Source: Lama guanicoe
Lineage: Eukaryota
NCBI GenBank assembly: GCA_013239625.1
Contig: MU053594.1
Span: forward strand, 900,536-964,535
Length of the DNA stretch: 64,000 nucleotides
Reading direction: 5' to 3'
This document shows, in pieces, positions 11,521 through 23,414 of this stretch. A program made the translations under genes and the position numbers. The notes under the pieces were generated by a model, which saw only the letters and a list, made by a program, of their open reading frames with translations, did not search any database and had not been told where the DNA came from. How positions within the stretch are numbered: position 1 is the first letter of the stretch; each line of letters starts with the position of its first letter.

Positions 11521-14500
11521 GCTAAATGGGAGGGAGCGATTCTGAAAAATCTAGGATCAGACTGTAATGGAGGACAAGAAACTGGCTTCACAGATTTCAC
11601 AGATTTCAATGTATATATTTCAATTCTGAAGGACGGATTGGACCATCTGAAGCTCTGTCCCCACGTCCAGCCTTGTGACCCAGTGAACTTCAGTTTGCCC
11701 AGCTGGTTCCCAGGAGGCCGTCCACCTCTGCTGGACTAAACAGCAGTTTCCAGACCAATGTGGTGCAAACTGCGACTCCAGGGAGACCCCCCCCCAACGA
11801 TTCTTCCTGCCCAAACCCAACAGGGAGCAGAGGGCCCCTGTCACCACGCCCAGAGCAGCTGTGCTGCAGTTTTGATGTAATTAAGAAGCAAGGAAAAAGA
11901 AAAATTAATTCAATCGGATCCCTCTCATTAATAAACATCACTGAGATTTCTCCTGATTCGTTTTCCATAATTTTCCACTTTTTCATGAGTGGAATATGTT
12001 GCCGTTTTTCAGCAGGAAATGGTGAGAGCGATTACGGTTTCTAAGATGCTGCTACAATAATCATCACGGATGCAACGTGGTCTGTTCATTAACAGGTACG
12101 ACAGTGAACACCAACCCTGCCTGGACTCTTTAGAGGACTTACAGGACTTGGAGAGAACCTGCCTCACCAGACTCCTCATTCTAACCCTGAACTACACGCT
12201 TAAGGAGCAGTCACCCACTCGGCAAAGTGTTCCCACAAGTTACTTCCCAAACTAAGTGCCTCCGACGTCTGAGGGCTGCATTCTATTTCGCTCTAATTAC
12301 ATTACTTCAGATTTTATAAGTTGTCTGATTAGAAGGCTGATTTAATTAGAGCGCTAACAGAAATGACAAACATCACACGTGCTCATCTAAAACCCTTCTC
12401 AATTATTTTTGAGGTACCACGAGTGTGATGACTAACTAGACATCTAGGTCTTTAATGCCCAAAGTCAGGTAATCCGCACACACTTCCATGACACATATTA
12501 AAAATACATTCAAAGCACTGCTGAGGAGTTTAACAGAAGTGTCATTTCACGCTCTTTCACCAGACCCCAGGTAATCCAGCTGTCAGCAAACGGGTTTTAT
12601 ACCAGCCTTAATGCTGGAGTGGAAGCCAGATGAACACATGCAGGAATAATAAGGATTAAAAAATATTTCCAAGCATTAGATATGTCTTCAGGTAAGTTAC
12701 TATCCAAGAGAAGTTCTTCAAAAATAAATCATCATCAGAAGCCACAGTGACAAATGAAATAAACCGCTGTTTCTCATATGTAATGAGCTCTAAGAGAACA
12801 ATAAGATGAAAGATAAATAAAGAATTTTTGAAGTATCTTGTGACAATCGTTTACCATCTGAAGAGCACACAACAGCTGCTATACAGCACAGAGGCTTCAC
12901 CCCAGCTTGGCAGAGGGCTGCAGACGAGAGGTGGAGGGTTGTATACATCACCAGGCGGCAGTGCTGGTGCCACTGCTCCGTGCTGGTGACCAAGGAAGCA
13001 AAACCAGCGTCAGAGGTGGACAAGGATGCTTCATTCTGAAAAGCACACATGGCTGGGAAGAGATCCCTCCCTCCGCAGATTAGGGAGAGGCTGACTCGCA
13101 CCGCTGTCCTCACTCGCCACTTGCCCTGCCCCTCCCCCTCCCCAGAGAAGACACGGGAAAGAGAGCAGGGGGATCATTAGTCCTGGGTCTTCTGCCTGCC
13201 TGGTGAGAGATGCTGTGGCTTTTCCCTGCCTCCCCTTGGAATCATTATCCTCTCTCGCTCTGTCTTTCAAAGACGAGAGAGATTAGCCAGGAGAATCATG
13301 TTGGAGGGGCCTGTGCGAAGGGACATCTGGCATCTTGGGCCCCAGCTGGATGACTGCTGGGTCGGCAGACCTGCTGACATGCCCTGAGCCTACCTGAGCA
13401 GGAGAGAAATGGCAGGGCAAACGGGGGTAGCGGCCACCGAGAGGAGACAAGGATGTGCGAGCCTCCCGTGGGTCAGGTGGACCCAAGCCCCCTTGCCAGG
13501 ACCCTGTCCACGAGGGCAGCCTGCAAATAAAGGGATCTCAAGAAGAAAAGGCTGTGGGTTATATCATTAGGTGACCAGATGGAGTAGAACTGACATTGAC
13601 TGTCCCACACCTGGGAATCCTGCCAGGAGGAGTACCCGAAAGGGGCTCTAAAGAACGCTCCCTCGGGTACCACGAGAAGGCCCCTATTTGGATGTCTGCT
13701 ACCTGGCAGGCACCCACCATCAGCCAGGGTACCAGAGTCACACCTACAGAGAGAGGACTGAAGCCACGACCAGGGATGTGAGGGACACCTGTCTCACCTT
13801 CCCACCGTAAGATAAGGGGAGAGATGGAGAATGAGACAAGGGGAGGGGTAAGAGTGTCCCAGAGCTATGGCACTTTCCTCCCACCTTCTCCAGTGTGGGG
13901 GGGGGGTAGAAGATGGAGAAAGAAGCCCAGCCCCTCCCCCACTCCCAGTCCTTTAAGCCCAAAGAGGACAAGTGCTGGAAGGAAGCGGAAAAGATGAGGT
14001 TCCCAACAGCTGCAGAGCTGGTGCTTCAAAGTAGATGATTCTGAATTTACTTTTAATTAATGAAAATGCCGGGGGTTCCACCAAAGACGTTCAATTTAAT
14101 GCATCTTTTCTGAGGTTCTAGTATGTGCCAGGCACTATTTTAGGCATTTGAGTGACAATGACACCAATGAACCAAACAGACAAGATCCCCTCCCTTCTTG
14201 CTCCTCATGGGGAAAGGAGATTTAACACAGCACCAGTTAACAGCAGTGAGCAGAGAAAAATAAAACCACTGAACCGCTCCTGAGTCCAAGCCAGCCAATA
14301 AACCAGTTTCAGTAGCTTTCAAAGATTTAGCAATTTCTTTCTGAAAGTTTTGCTTTCAAGAAAAACACTGCCTTTTGCTAAAGTGCCCAGAGATTGAGGA
14401 GTTACTAAGAGGAGGAAAGGAGGGCTGATGGGAGAAGTCACTAATAAAACAAGGTGTGTGTGTACAGAAATTAAATGGCTTAAGCGTTCCCGGGGAAGAC

Positions 14501-17029
14501 CATGGTGAGATTTCACAAGGTGAGCTGGTGGCTGTAACGCTGATGGATATTTGATGTCATTTGTTCTGTGAAGACTCTCCTGGGAGATGGGACTGGAAGG
14601 CAAGCTGATGACCCCCAAGAAACCATAGGCTTAGAGAAATGCTTAAGGGTATTTGGGGGCAGCTGAAATAGACTAGAATGACCAGATAAGAATTTAAGAT
14701 CTGCTTAAAGGTCTTAAATTCAATAGTACCAAGGCAAGCATGGCTGTGTTCTCTAAATATTTTCTATTAGAAAGTCATTATTTATGCAGTAAACTGCTCT
14801 ACAAATGGATAACTCAAAAATCTTTGAAAAGGCACCCAAAGCTTCCTCTTTCTCTTCCTTTCATTTCTCTCCCATCCTAGTTGCCGATTTGATCCCACCT
14901 TCCCCAGGAAGGATTCTGAGGGTCTCATCCGGATGGTCTGGCGGACGTGAGACTCACAAAGCCTGAAGGAGACAAGGAACTCCTGATGTCTTCAGGATGC
15001 TGGCTCTGAATCCCACAGGGAATTCCACTCCCCATCCTCCTTCATGAAAAGGACCACTGCTTCCTTCTCAAAAGCCCCTTTCTGGGCTGGAGTGTCTCTT
15101 TTTCTTGTAAGATTGGTGTTTACTTCCTTCGAGGATTCCATCCAAGGAGCAGTTGTGTCTGGGCCAAGCTTTATCTCCTCAGGATAATAAAATCGACTGG
15201 AAGTGAGTGGCTACGAAGCGTGACTGCGGTAGTGGCACAGGAGGCCCGTGGTGTCTTAATGAGCCTGGGTTATAGCTTTATTTATTGGCAGATTAGTATC
15301 CTGAATAACGTTGTCCACTGAGGTCACAATTCCTGGCTGCTTACAAGGTAGAGTGGTAGAGATGGCGGTAGTTACTCCTAAATGTTTGGGTACTAAAAAT
15401 GATAAGGAGACTTGTACCCTGAAATTTTCCAAAATGAATTCACTTCTGACACTGCCCATGGATACTGTCAGCCCATGGAACCCGGTGATGCTCTTCAGAG
15501 CAGACACGAGATTAACACCACGAATTCTTCATCTGGGAAACCAAAGTGCCAGAGGAGCTCAAAGTCCTTTAGTGTGGTTTCTGCAAAATGCCCTCTCTTA
15601 GTAAGCCTGTAAATTTTCCAAGCTGGCACAGCCAAGGCTGGCTAATTCTTTTTAGGCACTCTAGGTTGAATTCTTTTAGGAAACCGTCCGCCTAATTAAG
15701 CCCCAGAGCCAGGGTGCTAAATGCAAATCTTGATCTTCTGGTAATTTAGTTTCCTATTTTTTTGTTCCTACTAAGTATTTTGTCATCAGGAATGGAGAAA
15801 TAATAATAATAAACTGACTCAGTGAATGTAACTCCAGACAGGGGAGCGGATGGTATGGAGATCTATGGGGCTGACATTAATAAAATTCTGTTTATCTCTA
15901 ATACATTAAAATAGTATTTTATAGGAAAATTTCAATGTGTGGCACAGACAAGGAGACATGCTGAACCCATTGACATTTAGCTAACAGAATTTTTAATAGA
16001 ATTGAGCTGGCCTAGGAAGGAAGAAAAATAGGAAAAGAAATGCCAGCCAGATGACTCCCTAGAGAATAATTCATTTTGGTTTTATGTGACATTAAATATC
16101 ACTTCCTCCACCAAGGTCAGACCCCGTATCAGGCTTAACAAAGCACGTTTCGCCCACCCCCAAACTCCGTCATCGAGGCCCCCAGATCAATCCCAGGGTC
16201 TGGGGCACCGCTAACATCCATTTGAACAAAAAAAAAAACAAGACCATCCTCTGTAAGCGGTGCCATTTTCCATCTCCCCGTGCACAGGATGAGAGGGCCT
16301 CGGGCTCACAGGGACCGTGGCTTAGCAAACATGGCTGGAACGTCTGTCCTCTTGGCCGAGTCCACTGCTGGCTTGATTTCACCTGGTCCACAGCTCCCAC
16401 TGGCTCTTTCTCTGGACAGGAGCTCTGCGGGGAGGTCCCGAGCCCTGCACCCTGGCTACGCAACTGGTGAGTATTTCACTCGGTAGGGAGAGCGCTCTCC
16501 AGCCCCCATGTGAGCAGAGTCTTCAGAGTATTTCTCTCTGCCCTTGCTTTTTGTTTTTCTTCCTCCCCATCCCTCTTTTCCTCTTTACCTTCCAACCCTT
16601 CTTCCCATTTTCCTTCTCTTGAAACTGGCCAAAAAGTGATGTCTCAGCCTTTGCCTGATGTTATAACATTCTTCTCTCAACTTTAAGATGATGCGAACAT
16701 TTTACATTTCTAAATATGCTTATTTTTAAAGGATCTAAAATCCATTGATTTTTCTTTGTGCTCTGTCATCATGAGATTTGGCTAGTTTAAACTTCTGCTA
16801 GTCTTGACTTCCTTTGAATACAAAAGTCGTTTGTTCTTTTTTTTTCTCTCTCTCTCTCTCTCTTTTCTCCTTTCTGTGTTTCAGGGGCTCCTCTTCGTTC
16901 TATCTGCTTCAAATGAGCACTAAAGTACAGTCATCAAGTCTCTGGGTTTTGTTCTTTGCAGATTCCTTTCCCTCTGACAGATTCACAAATTCAGGGCTTC
17001 AGTTCTGACCTCAAGCTCCCCTTCACCAA

Positions 17030-17600
17030 AACCTTTTTCACTGAGCAATTATAGAAGAAGCCAGGAATAGGGCCAGGCACTTGAGATTCATCATTGAACG
17101 AGGCAACTGGTTTATAGTCCAGAAGGGGAGACAGAGAGTAAAGACAAGACTAAATGTATAAAGTATTAGAGATGTTGACATGTGTTACAAAGAAAATCAC
17201 TCCACGCTGTAGAAGAACGGCAGGAGGCTCCCTTGAGATGGGCGGTCAGAGAAGACATCTCCAAGGAGCTGGTTTGAAGGGAGCCAGCCGCGCAAAGAGA
17301 CGGGAAAGAGAATTTCAGGGGAGGGACCATCAGGCACAGAAGCCCTGAAGCAGGAAGGAGCTCGGGTTTTCTAGGAACTTGGAAAGAATTTGGGAGTGAC
17401 TGAAGCCCAGCCAACGGGAGAGAGGGGCATAGGACACACTGCAGAGAGAGGGACAAGAGCTCGCATGAGGCTTCTGAAGAGGCTGGACTTCATTCTTAAG
17501 GGTACTAGGAAGTCAAAGGTTTTCAACGGGGGAGATGGCATGATCTCATTTTTATGGGATTTCTCCTTACACATGACTCTAGGAGAATCTGAATCCTGAC
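17030..17600 (-). mobile_element. L2 fragment
   Basis: Purine-rich reverse L2 hallmarks 'atagtccagaaggggagacaga', 'tggacttcattcttaagggtactaggaagtca..ggcatgatctcatttt'. Confidence 0.6.
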
Positions 17601-20600
17601 TCCAACTCCAGATCCAGAGCACTTTCCAGCACATTTTCAAGACCAAATTACTCATCACATCCATAAAACACACCAACATGCTGAATCTAGCCTGAAGTGA
17701 GCACAACTTAAAAGGAAACAAGACAACAGTACCTTTATGACCTCAAATACTTTTGCAGCCATATAATCAACTCAACTGTAAAATGACAGATCGTCTAGTT
17801 TCTAAAAATGAGGGTCCACAATTCCTGCCTGTACATGTTTGTTTTTGTTTTATTTCTTCTACATCGCCCCTTTAGAAATCACTAATGAGTGTTTAAAATA
17901 ATGAAATGTGTGTAACAGTTACGCCAAACATTTCACTGAAATGATAAAGCAGTTACTTGAAAAAAACGTATCAAGGAACACATTATAAAGAGAATGAGAA
18001 GAACACATGATGTACATAAGGACCAACAGCTACATATCTAAGTAAATGTATCTGTTGAATTCTAGGTGGGAAGTACAGAGGAAATGAAATGGAAAAAAAA
18101 GAAGTTCATCTTCCCTGGAAACAATCAGTAAAACAAAACCCCCTTCCCTGCCTCTTACCTGATCCAACCAATCACACATTTATTGAGAACTGACTATTTT
18201 TATGCGCTGTGATTCACCCCACCCACCCCTGACACAGATGTCTTCAACCCCTTTTCCTGCCACTTTCTTTATAGCATTGCTCCACCTCTGCCTGTCTACC
18301 TGTCTGTCTCCTGTTCCAAGCTCAGCCCTCATCACAGCCTTTGACTCAGAGCCCGGCTGCCCCCATGAAGGCTCTGGACCAACGGAGCAGACCTAGTCCT
18401 CACTCTGGAGGCCTTGAGACCTGTCAACGAGGCGCCATCAAGACACAGAATGGATCTGGCCCAGCGAAAACGTCTCCCTGTGGCCACGAAACCCTGCCCC
18501 CCAGCAAAGGCAGTGGCCTTTCTTGAAACGTTGAATAGGTATAATGGTTAATTACACGAGCATCCTCTGGGCTCATTTGGGTTTTTCATCTGCCCATCAA
18601 GGCTAACATAACGGCTGAACAAAAGCAGGACTCCTCTCCAACACAGACACAGCTGAAGAACAAACGCTTAAGAAATAAGATGAATGTCCTCTGAGAGTAC
18701 AAAGATTTAACAAGTTATTTTTAGTTTCTAAGTACCTAGACACTAGGATGAAAAGAAACCTCAGAGAAAGAAAGACTCAATTGGAAAAATATGACAAAGT
18801 CGTGTATTGACAGTGAGCTATTTAAAGAATAACGTTAAGAATCACTGTCACCTCATGAAACCAAAATTGAAAATAACAGATGATAATGCACTTAAAAAAT
18901 AACTTCTTATAATTGTTGCTATTAATCATTCTTAACCTAAGTAGTCTAGGGTGAACTTGCAAATGTGGAGCAAAGGACTGCCTGAGATGCCTGCTTATAA
19001 TATTTTGTGCATTTAAAAAAACCCTGTCATCCTACCTCCTCCCTGCTCTCCAAATTTTAGACAATGTTAAGTAGTTTTCACTATGATGATAATAAAAATG
19101 CACAACTACTTGACTTTTTATAGGTCAGGGTATTCAAATTCTGTTCTGACTGTAACCTAAAAAGCTAAGAAGTCTTACCCACTCATAACTGGCATGAAAT
19201 TTAGCAGGATTGAGGTTGTTGTTGCCAATTTGCCTTCTTGCACACCATTTGGTTTTCCCTCAATACAGCTGGACAAAGTTTCTGGGGAAATCAATACTTT
19301 TCATTATCCCTGAAGTCTATAATCCACACAGGGCAACTTCTGGATGATCACCAGAATGTCTGCAGTCCTTGGGGTTGGTTTCAAAGCAAACTGGACAGTT
19401 AAGACCTTTGTCGTGACAAGTAGACAGTCTGGGTTGGGGTCTGAGGGAGAAGGATGGGGGGAGGTTGGTATGGGTGCTGTGGGTCCGTCGAGCAGAATCC
19501 TGGGAGCAGAGGAGGGCTCTGTTTATTAATAACAGTGTAACTGACCTGAAGGCAGGACATCACGTTTGTGACTCAGGTTTCCTCAAACACGGTGTGAAGA
19601 ACCCCTGTGGTGGAAAGGATGCTAACGTGGGAGTAACTTACATCTGAGCACTCACTGCATCTCAGGTTTTGTCTCAGCATCTTAGGCTACTCCCTCAGTT
19701 TCATGAGCCACGAAACGGCTTATGCAGATGAAGTGAAATACACAAAACTGTGTTTCGAGAGCGTTAGGAAAAAAAGATATTAATGCTGCCCTAATTTTGT
19801 AACATTTTCTTGGCACACAAAATATCGAAGGCCAATTTGCAAAGAGAAACATGTAATTTATGTATTCTCTACTCATTCGCAAAAGGATTTGCGGCAGAAA
19901 ATAGAGAATTCCTTTTACAGGGAGTGCCCACTTGAACTCACCAAACACAGAAAATGTGATCTCCTATATTCATAAGGAGGCATATTTTTATAAACATTTT
20001 CCTATGAAATCTCTCATTGTTAAAAAGGTTCCAGTCATAATACTACATTTTAATCTGCTTTTTGGCCCCTTTCCCAAAACACAGTGGTACCTCTCCCAAA
20101 AGGCTGGGAAACACTAACAAGACCCCGAATGAAGAATTTCACTGCCTGTTGCCAAACGTATTGAGAGTAGAAGTGATGAAAAAATGCCACCCTCTTTGCC
20201 AGCCTTGTCTGGGGTCAGCTTCTTCCCCGCACCTTCTAGAAAAATGTCTTTATCGACTGGTCTTGCTTGCTCTTTGCGATAAGCAGACTAACGTCTGACA
20301 GTCTGAACCCAAAGGGAAAGCCAGAAGCTTTTCTCTCCCTGAGTTGTTAAGTTTTAATAACTTGAAGTTAAAATGATTCTAATTGCTTGTTGCAGATGGA
20401 AGCTTTGTTTTGGAAGCACTTGAAAATACGTGCCAGCTGACCTGGCCCTGCTCTGGTTTCAGGTCCCCTCATCTGATGTCCTGTCATTTCTGCTGCCAGT
20501 TGGTGGCTTTGCAGAGCTGTGGGAAGTGTCTTGGAGAAGGGGCTGCAGCCCTGGGGCCCTGGGGCTGTCAGTCTATGATCTTTCTTTCCCTCTTCGATAA

Positions 20601-20989
20601 CAAAGGCGCAAAGCAATAAAATTCCAGAGCAGTGGCACTGAAAGGACAAAAGATTATTTACCAAAAGGACGTAATACTCAAGCAGCAGGTGATTTTTAAG
20701 CCCCTTCGAGTAAGGCGCTGTAGTAAGCCCTGCAGAGGATGTCAGTTACTGTCAACAACCTCGCCGCCGAGAAGGGGGAGGGGATGATCAGACGTCAGCT
20801 GTGTATCCAAGCTATTTATCATGCCTGTGAACTTTTACAGAAGCCATCTATTTCCAGTTTGTCACTGGTATTTGCTCCAGAGCCATGGCTAGCTGGGATT
20901 AGAGAAGTCAGTTTAAATTTACGAGGGGGAAGAAGATATTTTTTATTCTCTTAGCAGCATAATTCCCTCTTTAAAAGAGATTCATCTAC

Positions 20990-21058
20990 TAAACTGTCCA
21001 CCTAAAATTGGTTAGGATGGTAGATTTTATATTATGTGTATTTTTACACAATTTAAAA
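20990..21058 (+). mobile_element. L1MB-type extreme 3' end fragment
   Basis: 'taaaattggttaggatggtagattttatattatgtgtatttttacacaatttaaaa'. Confidence 0.65.
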
Positions 21059-21222
21059 GAGAGGGAGAGAGAGAAACATCACAGTGGTTCCTCTCCTATT
21101 GGGTAACTGTTTCCTCACTTCTTGGTTTCCTCCACCCTTGCTCTTCATCCACTATTTAACTGGGCACAATCTGAGTCTAAGCTTGGCCAGGTTTCTGCTA
21201 CTGTTATTTGTTTTTGTTATTA

Positions 21223-21900
21223 TTGTTATTTATTTCCCCCTCAGCTTTACTGAGATGTGATTGACAAATTAAAACTCTATCTATTTAAATTGGCAACATG
21301 ATTTTTAAAAGATGTACAATGTGATGATTTAATATATACACATACATTGTGAAAGGATTACCACAATCCAGTTAATTAACACATCCATCCCCTCACATAG
21401 TTACCAAACTAAAATTTGTAAGTTAAAGTCAGCTTACAAATGACAAAGCTTCTCTACAGCAAAGAAAAACTATCAACAAAATGAAAAGGCAACCTATGGA
21501 ATGAGAGAAAATATTTATAAACCACATATCTGGTAATGGGTTAATATCCAAAATATATAAGGAACTCATATATCAATAGCAAAACAAAAAGCAAATAATC
21601 TGATTAAAAAATGGACAAGGGGCCTGAATAGACATTTTCCCAAAGAAGACATGAATAGCCAACAGGTACATGAAAAAGTGCTCAACATCACCAATGACAG
21701 GGAAACACAAATTCAAACCACAATGAGGTGTCACCACATGTTATCGGGTTGGCTCTCATCAGAAAGGGTTGGTGAGGGTGCGGAGAAAAGGGAATCCCTG
21801 TACACTAGTGGTGGGAATGTAAACTGGTGCCACCACCATGGAAAACAGTGTGGCGGTTTGTCAAAAAACTAAACATCGATCTACCACGTTGTTATGTATT
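21223..21900 (-). mobile_element. Old L1 (L1MA9-like) with 5' inversion: 3'UTR on minus (~21235-21405), ORF2 segment on plus (~21406-21886)
   Basis: Reverse 3'UTR 'cagctttactgag..ttaattaacacatccatcccctcacatagttacc' abuts sense ORF2 'aacaaaatgaaaaggcaacctatggaatgagagaaaatattt..ggaaaacagtgtgg'; flanks ttgttatttatt / ttgttatgtatt. Confidence 0.8.
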
Positions 21901-22677
21901 CTAAGCAAAACCTCTCGAATAGCACGTGCAGATAAAGGCTTCTTCTGAGCATCCACAACATGGAAGAAGATCCCCAAGAGTGTGTAGCAGGGATCTCATG
22001 GCAGTTTCTCTGTTCTTCTGCTCTTGTTCTAGAACAATTTGGACCTTCACTTTGTCAGCTGGCTGGCTAATGGTAGAATATGTTAGTCCTGACTTTCTGG
22101 TCACCCTGTCCCTTACAGAATCTAAGACATTGCTGGCATCTTGGCAGTGGGGTGAGGGGGTGATTTTTTTTTTTTGATTCTCTGCATGGACGCTCAGAAA
22201 TCATAAAAATTAAAACCGATGTCCTTTTGTTAACATAGAACTGGCAACAAGACAGCTCACACCTGCTATCAACTCTTTGCTTGCACATTTTGAACTTTTA
22301 CCAGGAAAGTGAGGACCAAATACGTTGGTCCAAGCTGGACCACTGGCTAACGTTATAATAGTAAGCAAGCTTTATTTTCTGTGTTTATTTCCAAGCTGTT
22401 TTGTGTGTTTCATGATGGGTATCTGGATTAAAGTAACTTCTTTGGCTCACTCCCCCTGAACTTCAGCTGGGTGATGGGATCAGTGAACACAATGCAGAGA
22501 CAGTGGCAGCTCAGAAACTCACAAGGCACACAAGGGGGCCCTCTGGCAGCCCCCTGCCCCAACTACTTCTCTTCCAGGACGACACTGGCTGTGGGTGCTG
22601 ACTGCACGGGGGCCTCCTGTTAAGGTATCCATTTATTTGTTACGCCTCTTGAAAAATAACCTAAGTTGACAACTATT

Positions 22678-23045
22678 TGTTACATTCTGAATGTTTGCAT
22701 CCCCTCAAAATTCATATATGTTGATATCCTAACCCCCTAAAGTGATGACATTAGGAGGCGGGGGCCTCTGGGAGGTGATTAGGTTGTAAGTGTGGAGCCC
22801 TCGTGATTAAGATCAGTGTTCTGGGAGAGAGTCCCCAGAGCGCTCCCTCACCCCTTCCAGCATGTAAGGTAACAGTAAGAACCCGGCCCTCAAGGAGGAG
22901 CAAGCCCTCGCTGGACATGCACCGTGATCTTGGACCTCCTGCCTTCAGAGCTGCAAGACACAAATGTTTGTTGTTTACACACCGCCCCCTCGCCCCCGCC
23001 CCAGTTTACGGTATTTTGTTATAACAGCCTGATCAGACTAAGACA
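22678..23045 (+). mobile_element. MaLR solo LTR, MLT1A-like
   Basis: TG...'tgaatgtttgcatcccctcaaaattcatat'...'gtattttgttataacagcctgatcagactaagaCA'; 5-bp flanks ctatt / ctatc. Confidence 0.9.
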
Positions 23046-23400
23046 CTATCTTTTCCAAATTCCTTAATACAAAAAGGAGACTTTGGTGTCAAGTCGGGTA
23101 CAATTCCCTTCCAAACTAGCTAAGACTTTCTCATTTTCTTCCCCCTCCTTTTTTTTTTTTTTTAGTGAGACTGGAATTCGTCTTCCTATATGTTTCCTGA
23201 TACTTGCACTACAGATACAAAATTTTAATGCACCAATAAATCCAAGTCCCATGAGGCAGAGACGGGGCTTAGTCCCCCGCTGATGCTCCAGCCTTGATCA
23301 GTCAGGAAACACCAGTTGCTGAAACCTGAGTGCACGTCCGCACCAAGATCTCCGGGGTCACTGAAGTGAGATGCTCTCCGAGCCCAGCGGACCACGTCTT

Positions 23401-23414
23401 CCACCAGGGGGAGC
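23401..23414 (+). promoter_or_regulatory. Candidate CTCF core motif
   Basis: CCACCAGGGGGAGC, one mismatch from CCACCAGGGGGCGC, in non-repeat sequence; motif match only. Confidence 0.35.

Noticed and set aside
13270..14070. Purine/GC-rich stretch resembling an ancient Gypsy-like LTR
   Set aside because: Could not define termini, TSD or diagnostic consensus motifs by eye
16403..16473. Possible 47-nt plus-strand exon ending CTG|GTGAGT
   Set aside because: No recognisable peptide or partner exons; weak acceptor
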